Both the position numbers and the translations under genes were made by a program. 64,000 bases of DNA, taken from a virus. Taxonomy: Duplodnaviria > Caudoviricetes. Where the stretch lies: IMG/VR virus record IMGVR_UViG_2869455143_000004, positions 21,318 through 85,317 of that record. One strand, 5' to 3'. The notes below the pieces were generated by a model. It was not told the origin of the DNA. It was given only the letters and a program-made list of their open reading frames with translations, and ran no database searches. This document shows, piece by piece, positions 48,130 to 57,427 of this stretch (its first letter is position 1; each line of letters opens with the position of its first letter).

Positions 48130-48778
48130 GAAAAGAGCTGTCATTGTGGGAACTAAGCACCCTGGCGGATTAATGCGCGCGCAAGTAAGGGTTTTGCCGG
48201 ATTGGGTTGGCGTACCGGATGAATCGTTACCGTGGGCGGAATACATGATGCCCATTGGCAATGCTTTTACACCAACAGTTACCGGTGATCTGGTGTGGGT
48301 AGAGTTTCCATATACCGATGTTCGGGGAAAGCCTGATACACGACGACCGTTGATTGTCGGCGCAGCCTCCGATTCGCCTGGCGGGGTTCCTAACGTTGCG
48401 CCTGAAGCGTCCGGGCAAGGTTCCGCGTGGGAGCCGCCGCCGGTTGATGGTGCGCCAGCGCGCCCACAATTCACACCAAGTGAAGATTTTGTTGTGCATC
48501 GCAATAACGTTTTTGAGGTTCGTACAGCTGGTGGCGGGTATGAGATAGCCAATACTGCAGCTGGTACGCGCATAGGCATGAATGAGGACGGTAAAGCCTA
48601 CATTATCGGACCTGGTGATGTGGTCTTTGATGCTGGTGGAGACTTCATTGTAAAAGCTGGTGGAAAAATCAGCCTAAAATCTAAGGGTAAAACAGAAATA
48701 ACAGCAGGCACAGCAATGGACCTAACTGCAGCTGGCAAGCTGAGCGGCAAAGCATCGCAAGTTGATTTTTCAAAATAA
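48122..48778 (+). CDS. Baseplate spike protein (P1 gp5/gpV-like)
   Basis: OB-fold LPWAEY..P.G...GDLVWVEF, followed by C-terminal beta-helix repeats. Confidence 0.78.
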   Translation: MSKKRAVIVGTKHPGGLMRAQVRVLPDWVGVPDESLPWAEYMMPIGNAFTPTVTGDLVWVEFPYTDVRGKPDTRRPLIVGAASDSPGGVPNVAPEASGQGSAWEPPPVDGAPARPQFTPSEDFVVHRNNVFEVRTAGGGYEIANTAAGTRIGMNEDGKAYIIGPGDVVFDAGGDFIVKAGGKISLKSKGKTEITAGTAMDLTAAGKLSGKASQVDFSK

Positions 48779-48785
48779 ATAACAT

Positions 48786-48796
48786 CAATTCTAAGG
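48786..48796. promoter_or_regulatory. Putative C1 operator (rdgC-dmt)
   Basis: CAATTCTAAGG. Confidence 0.62.
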
Positions 48797-48844
48797 CATA
48801 ATGTGATTTAATCGACCTGTCTTTATCAGGTAGGTAATCACAGG

Positions 48845-49753
48845 ATGAAATCTCCTTTCTTAAAAAACGTCTGTATCTATCGCCTTTCGCGTGATTTTTC
48901 CCTGTCACGCGAGGCGTTTCACGAGCAATTAGCCCAGTTCGCTTTCACGCCTTGTGCAGCTCAGGATATGGCTACGTCTGGCTGGGTTAACGTTACCCCG
49001 GAGACAATGGTTATTGAGCATGAAGGCTCTTACCTGATCTGCTATTGCAATGAAAGCAAGATACTCCCCACGCATGTAGTCAACGAGGAAGTGGCGAAGC
49101 GTGTAAACAAGGTAGAAAACACGCAAGGCCGTAAAGTTCGCCGCGCCGAACGTCTGGCCCTCAAAGATGAAGCGCTGATGGCTCTCATTCCGCGCGCATT
49201 CACCAAGTCCTCCATGCACTACGTCTGGATAGACCTGAACCTGCAGCGGGTTATCGTCGAAGCCGGTAGCGCCAGAACTGCAGAAAACATACTGGCCCTG
49301 TTACGTAAAACCATCGGTTCTCTGCCCGTTGTGCCGTTGATGATGGAAAACCCCATTGAGCTGACGATGACCGATTGGCTCAAATCAAATCAGATGCCAG
49401 CAGGTTTCACTATTGGCTCTGATGCCGTGCTTAAAGCCATTCTGGAAGATGGCGGCGCACTCCGCGTTAGCAAACAAGATCTGTTTAGCGATGAAATATC
49501 TACGCACCTGGAAGCCGGTAAGCTGGCGACCGCTGCGGGACTGCACTGGCGGGACCGAATGTCGTTTCGGTTGATGGATGATATGACGATCAAAGCCATT
49601 AACTTCGCCGACGAGCTGCGCGACCAGAATGACGATATCGATCGTGAAGACGCTCATTCCCGGCTGGTGGCTGATTTCATACTTTTCTCAGGCGAGTTCA
49701 ACGCCATGATGAGCGATCTCACCGTTGCGCTGGGTGGCGTCTGTGAGCGCTAA
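48845..49753 (+). CDS. rdgC: Recombination-associated protein RdgC (P1 HrdC-like)
   Basis: FTPCAAQDMATSGW, ESKILP, LRKTIGSLPVVP and DFILFSGE motifs. Confidence 0.92.
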   Translation: MKSPFLKNVCIYRLSRDFSLSREAFHEQLAQFAFTPCAAQDMATSGWVNVTPETMVIEHEGSYLICYCNESKILPTHVVNEEVAKRVNKVENTQGRKVRRAERLALKDEALMALIPRAFTKSSMHYVWIDLNLQRVIVEAGSARTAENILALLRKTIGSLPVVPLMMENPIELTMTDWLKSNQMPAGFTIGSDAVLKAILEDGGALRVSKQDLFSDEISTHLEAGKLATAAGLHWRDRMSFRLMDDMTIKAINFADELRDQNDDIDREDAHSRLVADFILFSGEFNAMMSDLTVALGGVCER

Positions 49754-52076
49754 CCAAGTAATACGCCACCAACTGACCTATGGATCAGTGTGTAGCGGCG
49801 TAGAGGCGGCAAGTCTGGCGTGGGAACCGCTGGGCTTACGTCCTCTCTGGTTCGCTGAGATCGAAGAATTCCCTTCTATGGTACTGGCTGAGCGCTGGCC
49901 CCATGTACCGAACCTGGGCGATATGACAACTATCGCCGATCGTATCCGCGTGGGTGAAATTCCTGCTCCTGATGTGCTGGTGGGTGGTACACCCTGCCAG
50001 GACTTTTCTCTTGCTGGCTTACGCGCTGGGATGAAAGGAAAACGCGGTCAATTAACCCTCGCATTTGTTGAATTAGCCAATGTCATTGACGATAAACGCG
50101 CCGAAGAAGGCAAGCCGCCTGTCATCATCGTCTGGGAAAACGTCCCAGGCATCTACAGCGATAACAACAACGCTTTCGGAAACTTCCTCGCTGCACTGGC
50201 TGGAGAATTTGAAGCGTTTGAACCTGGCCCAAGACCTGCCCACGGAAAAACCTCTGACTACTGGGGCTGGAACAAAAAAACCAGCGTACAGTTTCCAAAG
50301 TGGTCAAAGCACGGTGGTGTTATTGGAAGAAGCCGCCGCCTGGGATGGACAACCAAAGACGCTCAATATTTCGGAGTGGCACAACGACGCCGCCGTTGTT
50401 TCCTTGTGGCAAGTGCTCGAACGGACTTCGATCCCACGTCGGTATTTCTTGAGTCCGGCAGCGTGTGCAGGGATTCTGCACCGAGCCGCGAAGCGTGGTC
50501 GGTCGCTTCCTCCCTTACTAGAAATGGGGTTGGTGTCCGTGGCGCAGACGACAACCAAGCCCAAGCCCAGCACCTGATATGTATGGCGCACGGGCAAGCT
50601 GGCGCAGAAATCAACGATAACCTGTCACCTACCCTGACGTGTAACCATGAGCAGCCGATCATCTTCACTGAGCAGTCTGTGAAGACATTCCGCATGGAGG
50701 CGTTAGGCCAATATTCAGAATGCGACTTCGCCTCAACGATTAAAGCCCGTGACTTCAAAGAAGCGACTGATCTCGTGTTGAGCTTTCCGGCACAAATGAC
50801 CGGCACACAATACGCCAGCGCAGATCCAGACGTCAGCCAGACTATTCAGGCACTAAACCCAACCGCCGCTTGCTATCCCACCAGCGACAAAACAATCGGA
50901 ATGGTTGTGCGCCGCATTACCCCCGTGGAAGCCGAGCGCTTACAGGGAATGCCGGATAATCACACCCTGATCCCCGTACATAAGACCAAGCGCCTTACTG
51001 ACGACGAGGTAGCGTACCTGCGCCACCACTACCCAGACATTACGGACGATATGATTTTCAAGATGGCGAAGGATGGCCCACGACATAAAGCCATTGGCAA
51101 CAGTATGGCAGTTCCGGTTATGCGCTGGCTGATGACACGCATTCTTTGCGAATTACCGGTTAATGCACCACTGCAATCCCCCTCTCCTGTACCTAAAACC
51201 GTTGAGAAAATGACAAAGAAAAAACGCAAAACCTCTAAGTCTGTGAATACGTCGTCTTTTGTACGCCCGTTCCTCAAATGGCCCGGCGGGAAATATGCCC
51301 AGCTGGACCAAATCATGCCGTTTATTGGATCGGGTAAGCGCCTCATTGAGCCGTTCGTCGGTGCTGGTTCGGTATTCCTCAATGCACAAGGCTTTGAGCG
51401 ATACATCGGCGGGGATACCAGTGCAGACCTTATTGGCCTTTACCATGCACTACAGAAAACCCCCGGCGCGCTGGTGGATAAAGCCAGGGCAATGTTTGAT
51501 GGGTATAACTCCGAAAAGGGTTACTTCGACATTCGCGAGAAGTTCAACCGTATTCACTACACGCCACTGGAACGCGCTGCGGCACTTCTTTACCTCAACC
51601 GCCATTCTTACAATGGCCTGATGCGTTACAACCTAAAGGGCGGGTTCAACTCATCATACGGCAAGTATAAAGCCCCCTATTTCCCTGCAGATGAAATGGA
51701 GGCCTTTAGCAAGCTCTCTCCTTCATGCGAATTTCACTGCCAGTCCTTCGTGGACACTATCCGCCAGGCCGGTGAAGGCGATGTGCTGTTTTGCGATCCT
51801 CCCTATATGCCGTTACCGGGTAAGGAAGGATTCACAACATACACCGGCACTACGTTCACAGACGAACACCAATGGCAGTTGCTCAATGAAATGGTTGCAG
51901 CCCACCAGCGAGGCGCGCGCGTGGTCGCCACGAACTCCAGCAACGAAAAACTGGTTGAGGCATACCGCAAAGCTGGCTTTAACGTGCGCGACCTGTTTGC
52001 GCGCCGCTCTATGTCATGCAAAGGCGACTCACGTGAGGTTGCTATTGATATCGTAGCCACACTAGATGTGGCCTAA
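49725..52076 (+). CDS. dmt: Bifunctional DNA methyltransferase: C5-cytosine MTase fused to Dam-like adenine MTase (P1 Dmt-like)
   Basis: CSGVEA, GTPCQ, WENV and GNSMAVP (C5 domain); LKWPGGK, EPFVGAG and CDPPY (Dam domain). Confidence 0.92.
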   Translation: MRWVASVSANQVIRHQLTYGSVCSGVEAASLAWEPLGLRPLWFAEIEEFPSMVLAERWPHVPNLGDMTTIADRIRVGEIPAPDVLVGGTPCQDFSLAGLRAGMKGKRGQLTLAFVELANVIDDKRAEEGKPPVIIVWENVPGIYSDNNNAFGNFLAALAGEFEAFEPGPRPAHGKTSDYWGWNKKTSVQFPKWSKHGGVIGRSRRLGWTTKDAQYFGVAQRRRRCFLVASARTDFDPTSVFLESGSVCRDSAPSREAWSVASSLTRNGVGVRGADDNQAQAQHLICMAHGQAGAEINDNLSPTLTCNHEQPIIFTEQSVKTFRMEALGQYSECDFASTIKARDFKEATDLVLSFPAQMTGTQYASADPDVSQTIQALNPTAACYPTSDKTIGMVVRRITPVEAERLQGMPDNHTLIPVHKTKRLTDDEVAYLRHHYPDITDDMIFKMAKDGPRHKAIGNSMAVPVMRWLMTRILCELPVNAPLQSPSPVPKTVEKMTKKKRKTSKSVNTSSFVRPFLKWPGGKYAQLDQIMPFIGSGKRLIEPFVGAGSVFLNAQGFERYIGGDTSADLIGLYHALQKTPGALVDKARAMFDGYNSEKGYFDIREKFNRIHYTPLERAAALLYLNRHSYNGLMRYNLKGGFNSSYGKYKAPYFPADEMEAFSKLSPSCEFHCQSFVDTIRQAGEGDVLFCDPPYMPLPGKEGFTTYTGTTFTDEHQWQLLNEMVAAHQRGARVVATNSSNEKLVEAYRKAGFNVRDLFARRSMSCKGDSREVAIDIVATLDVA

Positions 52077-52153
52077 GGCCTGTAAAGCAAAAAGGCCGCG
52101 TTAGTAGCGGCCTCTTTCACACAGCATGCACATACATTGGCAATACTACGTAA

Positions 52154-52432
52154 TTACATTTTTGGAAACTCAAGCAACCAGTGATTTCTCTCGTTCTCCG
52201 GCATTTTTGAGTATGCGCACAACGCAGCTTTCAAGATATCAGTATTCCCAAGACCAGTACGCAGGGCTTCCGCTTCCATAATATCAATGAACGCCGGATT
52301 CAAACGATACGTGCGCTGCACCGTTTTAGCTTTGCTGGGACGTTTATCACCTTCATTGATGAATCTGGATACTTCATAGTTTGAAGGCGTTTCCGTTGAT
52401 TTTAAGTCAACGCTTGGTGGTTTTAGCTTCAT
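52154..52432 (-). CDS. Small RHH partition protein (ParG/type Ib ParB-like)
   Basis: Disordered N-terminus followed by TVQRTYRL..AF..IM...A...G....DILKAAL. Confidence 0.7.
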   Translation of the reverse strand: MKLKPPSVDLKSTETPSNYEVSRFINEGDKRPSKAKTVQRTYRLNPAFIDIMEAEALRTGLGNTDILKAALCAYSKMPENERNHWLLEFPKM

Positions 52433-52481
52433 GAGTACCTACCGTATATTTACCATGTACATACAACGCAATTACATTAAG

Positions 52482-52517
52482 GTAAATACATTGTATTGTC
52501 CATTCGTATTTACATCG
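52482..52517. repeat. GTAAATACA repeats between parA and its partner (candidate centromere/operator)
   Basis: GTAAATACAT at 52482 and an inverted GTATTTACAT at 52506. Confidence 0.5.
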
Positions 52518-52523
52518 TATTTC

Positions 52524-53186
52524 TTACAGGATGCCAATTTCTTGAGCCACCAGCTCGATTTGTGCCTTAGCTTTTCCAAGGCTATTACCGCGCGCTACAT
52601 CATGAACACCGGCCCCTTCATTGCATGCGCTTTCAAAAATATCGAGAGCCGCAAGGCGGTTTTTTAACGGTTGAATCCATACAGGATCTGAACGCAGATA
52701 CTTATCCAGCTCGATGGCATCTTTAACTTTGCTTGGCTTATTGGTTTCTATCCTGGTAAGAAGAACCCACGGGGATAGTTTGGGGTTGGCGTTTTGAGCC
52801 TTACGCACTTTCTCGGTTACAGCTGTAAGCGTATTGCGTTCAAATTTAGATGATGGCTTAACCAGGGTGATAAGGATATCCGCAACGGTCAGGGCGCTAC
52901 GGAACTCCTTGCTGTCGTGACCAGCACAGTCAACCAGGACGTATTCAAACATAGCCGTCAGCTTAACGATCTCTTTGCTAATCTCGCCATACGCCTCATA
53001 AACAGGAACAACGGGTAAACCATTGCTTCTGCGGTCCTCTCCCCAGTTAACCATATCCTGGTTTTTATCGGACTTCAGAATGCAGCACGTCTTTCCCTTA
53101 TTAACGAGCATTGACGCCGTATTAGCTGCAGTTGTGGATTTCCCCACACCGCCTTTATCCGACACATATACAATCGACTTACCCAT
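52524..53186 (-). CDS. parA: Walker-type partition ATPase ParA (type Ib)
   Basis: KGGVGKST deviant Walker A, VLVDCAG; 220 aa with no N-terminal HTH. Confidence 0.92.
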   Translation of the reverse strand: MGKSIVYVSDKGGVGKSTTAANTASMLVNKGKTCCILKSDKNQDMVNWGEDRRSNGLPVVPVYEAYGEISKEIVKLTAMFEYVLVDCAGHDSKEFRSALTVADILITLVKPSSKFERNTLTAVTEKVRKAQNANPKLSPWVLLTRIETNKPSKVKDAIELDKYLRSDPVWIQPLKNRLAALDIFESACNEGAGVHDVARGNSLGKAKAQIELVAQEIGIL

Positions 53187-53298
53187 AAATCATCCCCATA
53201 GCGCACATAGTATTAACAATGTAATTACACTGTACATGCGTGTAATGTTTGGCATATCCGCATGAAGTGTAATGCGTAACCAGTTCATGTCAATACTT

Positions 53299-53359
53299 TG
53301 TATTTACATTACTGACACTACATCGTAAATACATAGACAATACATTATCGTAAATACAT
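53299..53359. repeat. GTAAATACA repeats upstream of parA (candidate centromere/operator)
   Basis: ATCGTAAATACAT at 53322 and 53347; inverted TGTATTTACA at 53299. Confidence 0.6.
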
Positions 53360-53405
53360 CGAACATACAGAGCATTTACACCCAACCTAAGACGTAAAAC
53401 CAAAT

Positions 53406-53422
53406 CACAGACTCCCTATCCT
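53406..53422 (+). promoter_or_regulatory. Putative late promoter (PAAR-spanin operon)
   Basis: CACAGACTCCC-TATCCT. Confidence 0.62.
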
Positions 53423-53452
53423 CACCTCTGCGTAACCAACACAGGAGGCGTT

Positions 53453-53737
53453 ATGAGCGCAGCAGGAACTATTGATTCCGTTTGCTCTGGTCATGGTGGA
53501 TTTCCATCCAGGAAAACAGCAGAAGCAGAGCCATTCCTAACCATCAATGGAAAGCCGGTGCTGGTGGATGGAAACCTCTTTCCCGATCACTCAGACGGCA
53601 ATTCCACTCACAGCGGCGTAGCGGTATCTACACGCCCCTGGTTCACCATAAACGGGAAACCTATCGCATGCGTTTCCGATCCCGTGTCGTGCGGCTCAGT
53701 GGTAGCCACCGGCGATGATTTTTTTCAGGTGGCATGA
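53453..53737 (+). CDS. PAAR-domain spike tip protein
   Basis: CSGHGGFP, INGKPV...D..PDH and INGKPIAC..DPVSCGS. Confidence 0.88.
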   Translation: MSAAGTIDSVCSGHGGFPSRKTAEAEPFLTINGKPVLVDGNLFPDHSDGNSTHSGVAVSTRPWFTINGKPIACVSDPVSCGSVVATGDDFFQVA

Positions 53738-54516
53738 TGTTAGATAACGATAAACAAATTGATGCTTTCGGCATCCTGACGGCACAAGGCTCAGCGACCC
53801 CAGCGCCCATTATTAGTTACCGCAAAGCGACAGGCCTGTCTGACAGCCTAAAGAGTGCCGTTACCGCTCTTTACCTGGCTGACGTCACATACCCTCCATC
53901 AATATCCGGGTACACGGATATGCTACCCAAATACATCAATACACTGGCTGCAGCAGCTGCGGAGGCCAGCCGATTTATTGCAGCGATTCAGGGGTACACC
54001 ACGCCATCGGATCTTCTGCAGATGAAAATCGGCTGGGAATGCTATGCAAAAGGCAACCGCTTAACGCCGGTACCGCCATTTGCGCTGGTGGAAGGGTTAT
54101 GTGACACCGCCACCAGTGAAAGCATGATCGACGCACTGAATCATATTGAGCTAACGGCACTGTCAGATGCGATGACCCTCATTAACGAAAAAATGCTTGC
54201 CGCCGCCGTTCCGCCCGGAGGCGAAGGAGAAGCAACTCCCCCGCCGGTACCGCCCAGCTTTACACCAGCTGAAATTGAAGCGCTGAAAGTTGCAACTGAA
54301 ACGCTTTCCCCGCTGTTTTCGGTACTTGATGCCACCAGCACAGTAACCAGCGATTACACAGACCGGGTAAATAACTCTACGGCTGTAGCCACAAAATCAC
54401 TGGCTAATGCCGTAGCCATAACACTGACGGTAGGGTTAACCGCCGATCCTGTTATGTCACAAGCCATAGCGTCAATCATGCCCCCCGGCGTTATAGACGC
54501 ACTCAAAGAGGAATGA
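53734..54516 (+). CDS. Putative structural protein (P1 UpfB-like by synteny)
   Basis: 260 aa, Ala/Thr-rich, coupled to the PAAR gene. Confidence 0.5.
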   Translation: MMLDNDKQIDAFGILTAQGSATPAPIISYRKATGLSDSLKSAVTALYLADVTYPPSISGYTDMLPKYINTLAAAAAEASRFIAAIQGYTTPSDLLQMKIGWECYAKGNRLTPVPPFALVEGLCDTATSESMIDALNHIELTALSDAMTLINEKMLAAAVPPGGEGEATPPPVPPSFTPAEIEALKVATETLSPLFSVLDATSTVTSDYTDRVNNSTAVATKSLANAVAITLTVGLTADPVMSQAIASIMPPGVIDALKEE

Positions 54517-55025
54517 ACATGTTAAGTGCCTGGCGAACGCCGGTTATAGCAGTCACGCTGGCCCTATTCAGTTACGTATTGATTAAGGGATATAACGCCT
54601 ATTCAGATCACGTTAAGTACGTAAAAGGTCTGGAAACCGACAACAAAACGCTGCAGGAAGACAACGACAACCTTGATGCCCAAAAACGCGGCCTGAGTGT
54701 CGCTCTCCAGCAACAGCAATCGCAAAACGAAGAGTTGCGGCTTGAACTGCAAAGGCGCGCCGACCTTCAGGCTGAAAGCGATAAGAAAGAGAGTGATCTG
54801 GAAGAACAGCTAAGCAAACAGAAACAGGAAACAGCAGATGCAATTTCAAACCTTACTAAGCAGCTCCAGAAGGCGGGTCTTCGCAATTTGCGTCTTCCTG
54901 ACAGTGTTATCAGGATGCAACGGGAACGCGCCGAGGAAGTCAACCGCAGAGCCAATAGTCGTTACAAAGGTAGTGAGCCTACCAAAGCAGAAAGCCAAAA
55001 CGTACCTACCGTGCCTGATTCCTGA
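54513..55025 (+). CDS. i-spanin (Rz-like)
   Basis: N-terminal TM helix, long coiled coil, LPDSVIRM motif. Confidence 0.8.
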   Translation: MNMLSAWRTPVIAVTLALFSYVLIKGYNAYSDHVKYVKGLETDNKTLQEDNDNLDAQKRGLSVALQQQQSQNEELRLELQRRADLQAESDKKESDLEEQLSKQKQETADAISNLTKQLQKAGLRNLRLPDSVIRMQRERAEEVNRRANSRYKGSEPTKAESQNVPTVPDS

Positions 55026-55140
55026 AGATACTCCCGAATACCTGGAACTATACCCGGTGTATACGAGAGTGCTTTTTGATGCAATTGAGGAATGCAATTC
55101 GCGTAACGCAATCCGGTCCGATTACAACATGAAGCTATGA
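54838..55140 (+). CDS. o-spanin lipoprotein (Rz1-like, overlapping)
   Basis: Lipobox VLSGC, Pro-rich region, IEECN; overlaps the i-spanin 3' end in another frame. Confidence 0.8.
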   Translation: MQFQTLLSSSRRRVFAICVFLTVLSGCNGNAPRKSTAEPIVVTKVVSLPKQKAKTYLPCLIPEDTPEYLELYPVYTRVLFDAIEECNSRNAIRSDYNMKL

Positions 55141-55202
55141 TGGTGTGATGATGGGTATTGGAAAGGCTGCGTTTGCGGCCTTTTTTTCGGCCCGGGTTTA
55201 AT

Positions 55203-55385
55203 TACGGTTACTTTCATAATGGAGCCAGTAAATACGGTTACTTTCATAAAACATCGCGCCTGCAGGTCTACTATTCAGCCCTGCGACCACCAGCAACGGG
55301 GCAAAACATGCAACTAACCGTACAGTAAACTAACCGTATACACATGCAGGAGCATGCAACTAACCGTATTATGAAACTAACCGTA
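55203..55385. repeat. Copy-control (incA-like) iterons downstream of repA
   Basis: TACGGTTACTTTCATAA twice (reverse of the origin iteron) and AACTAACCGTA four times. Confidence 0.8.
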
Positions 55386-55389
55386 ATCC

Positions 55390-56262
55390 TCAGCTGGAGG
55401 CAGTCAGCTTTGGCGAACGGGAATGGATAATAAACTGTACCTCCCTGCCCTTCTTCGCTTCAGAGAACTCCAGATAACCTATAGACACAAGGTCAGCCAT
55501 AGCGCGACGAACTACAACGTTCTGGTCGCAGACGCGAGATTGCATCGCCAGACGCTCACGTAAGCGCTTCAGTGACACGTACAACGTGCCGGAAGGCATG
55601 GACTCGAAGTAGATATACAGCGATTGAGCGGCTTCCTTACGAGATAACTCACCCAGCGCCTTTAAGCCCAGTAATACCTTATGGTCGTAGCGGTACAACT
55701 CCCACAGGTTCGGATCGCCAACAATCTCAACCTGGTCAGAGTCTGTATCAAGCGTGGCTTTCTGCACCAGGTGCGTAACCATGGCCTTTTTTCCGTCTTT
55801 GGAGCGGAAGGAAAGAGTCACACTGGAAAGGTTAAACATGGAGTCAAACAAGCGTTTACGCGCGCGCTGGTTAATATCCGTTGGGCGTAGACCACACATC
55901 CGCGCAAACTCAGTAAATGGCAGTGTTATCTTTTCCGATGTGAAGCCATAGACACTAAAAGCGCTAATGATCCCTACCCACGTTTTAAAATCCGTGGACA
56001 TATTTAGCTTAGCGCCGTGAATTTTAATGTCTGTGTAGCCCTCTCTACGGGCCACCTCAAGGCTGGAAAGCTCATCCGAGGCATCTATGAGGAAATCACG
56101 TTTGCCGCGCTCACGTGGCGATACAGGCGTGAATACGCTAAGTCGGAGCAAAGCGACAGGCTGAACCGTCTTATTGCTGTTTGGCGTCAGTTCATAAACT
56201 GTGTCTGAATCTTTTTTAGTGACAGCAAAGGGGCTGACGATCTCATTGTTATTCAAAGACAT
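55390..56262 (-). CDS. repA: Plasmid replication initiator RepA (P1 RepA/RepFIB family)
   Basis: TVQPVALLRL.VF, EGY.DIKI.G..L.M.TDFKTW.G and KEAAQ.LY match P1 RepA. Confidence 0.93.
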   Translation of the reverse strand: MSLNNNEIVSPFAVTKKDSDTVYELTPNSNKTVQPVALLRLSVFTPVSPRERGKRDFLIDASDELSSLEVARREGYTDIKIHGAKLNMSTDFKTWVGIISAFSVYGFTSEKITLPFTEFARMCGLRPTDINQRARKRLFDSMFNLSSVTLSFRSKDGKKAMVTHLVQKATLDTDSDQVEIVGDPNLWELYRYDHKVLLGLKALGELSRKEAAQSLYIYFESMPSGTLYVSLKRLRERLAMQSRVCDQNVVVRRAMADLVSIGYLEFSEAKKGREVQFIIHSRSPKLTASS

Positions 56263-56268
56263 TCCTAT

Positions 56269-56521
56269 TTATCCACATAGGGAGCTTAAAAAACAAGCAA
56301 ATTATGAAAGTGACCGTAATCGGATTATGAAAGTAGCCGTATTTATTATGAAAGTAAACGTATTATTTATGAAAGCGACCGTATTTATTATGAAAGTGAC
56401 CGTACGATCTGCTGTTTTCTTTACTTATATCAAATAGATACAGCGCCGGTGATCTTTATTGATCTTTTAATGATCTCTATTGGACTAAAAGAATTGATCT
56501 ATCAGGTGGATATGTGGATAA
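56269..56521. other. Plasmid replication origin (oriR-like)
   Basis: Five TTATGAAAG(T/C)NNNCGTA iterons at 56302, 56325, 56346, 56367 and 56388 (21-23 bp period). Five GATC sites at 56406-56499. DnaA boxes at 56269 and 56513. Confidence 0.88.
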
Positions 56522-56980
56522 ACGCAAGCGGTAAACCTGCGCATCTTTCCGCAAGAGTGGAACCACAAAAGTGCAGTTACAAAAAATGCTACTCATCGTA
56601 AACATGCCGGGATATGTGATGTTTGCTGTTAAAAAGGCGTAATTGAGTAGAGAATTTCCTCTCTTCAGATGAAGAAATCAGCACTCGATCAAAATTTCTA
56701 TTTTTTTTCTCAATTATTGACATCCTCGCCAGGCCTTATAAGACGTGCGTTTCATGTTTTTTATCCTTTTGCAACCTCAATTTATCGCGAAGGTCAACTC
56801 TTGAACGAAAAGTAAAGCTCTCTACAATACTTGGGAGAAGCAAGATGTGAGGCTGTATCAGGGTGCAAACCCCTATATGTGGTATTTGAAGGGCTATCCG
56901 GGACAGGTATGAAAAAGCCCGGTTGATGAGACCGGGCCTTTCAATCGGTATGAAGAGTTCGCACCTCTTCCACCGCGCCA

Positions 56981-57147
56981 AATGTATCTGGCAGCTCGGG
57001 TAATCTTAACCAGTTGAACAAAACGCTTCAAACCTTTTTAGACGTAAAACAGATTCACCACTGATTAAGAAGTGAATTTAGTTCCAGGTTCTTGGTGATG
57101 CTTGAACCTTACTCAAACCAAAATTCGAGCCGAATGTATCTGGCAGC
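56981..57147 (+). repeat. Direct repeat AATGTATCTGGCAGC x2
   Basis: Exact 15-mer at 56981 and 57133, with partly conserved flanks (GCC...C.GGTA). Confidence 0.85.
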
Positions 57148-57217
57148 ACAGGTACGATAACTGCAAAGGAAAACCCAAGAGTGTTTGCAGCTAGGCGCGA
57201 AAAAGTAAGGAACCAAC

Positions 57218-57304
57218 ATGCAAATGTTGCTGTTGTTTTTACAACTTGCGCACCCTGTAACGGTCATCGTTCTGACCTTGTGGGGATTCTTTAAAGGCCG
57301 CTAA
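57218..57304 (+). CDS. 28-aa hydrophobic peptide (type I toxin-like)
   Basis: MQMLLLFLQLAHPVTVIVLTLWGFFKGR; TAAGGA RBS; not in the ORF track. Confidence 0.6.
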   Translation: MQMLLLFLQLAHPVTVIVLTLWGFFKGR

Positions 57305-57328
57305 CACTGAAGCCTATGGAGGCTCAAT

Positions 57329-57412
57329 ATGGTCACTTTGCTACTCAAGATCGTACCGCCAATAATCGAAATTGCTATGGCGGTTATTGATTACCTAAAC
57401 CAATGCCTGTAA
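57329..57412 (+). CDS. 27-aa hydrophobic peptide (type I toxin-like)
   Basis: MVTLLLKIVPPIIEIAMAVIDYLNQCL; GGAGG RBS; not in the ORF track. Confidence 0.6.
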   Translation: MVTLLLKIVPPIIEIAMAVIDYLNQCL

Positions 57413-57427
57413 GGCATGTTATTAGAC

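Noticed and set aside
49725-52076. C5-cytosine plus Dam adenine methyltransferase fusion as a novel system
   Set aside because: This architecture is the known P1 Dmt; both motif sets are intact and unremarkable.
55203-56404. Regularly spaced repeats as a CRISPR mini-array
   Set aside because: The 17-bp units have only 4-6-bp gaps, flank repA, and lie next to DnaA boxes and GATC sites. They are replication iterons; no cas genes are present.
56736-56981. 81-aa minus-strand ORF near the origin
   Set aside because: No recognisable motif or RBS; it overlaps a hairpin-rich leader and is probably spurious.
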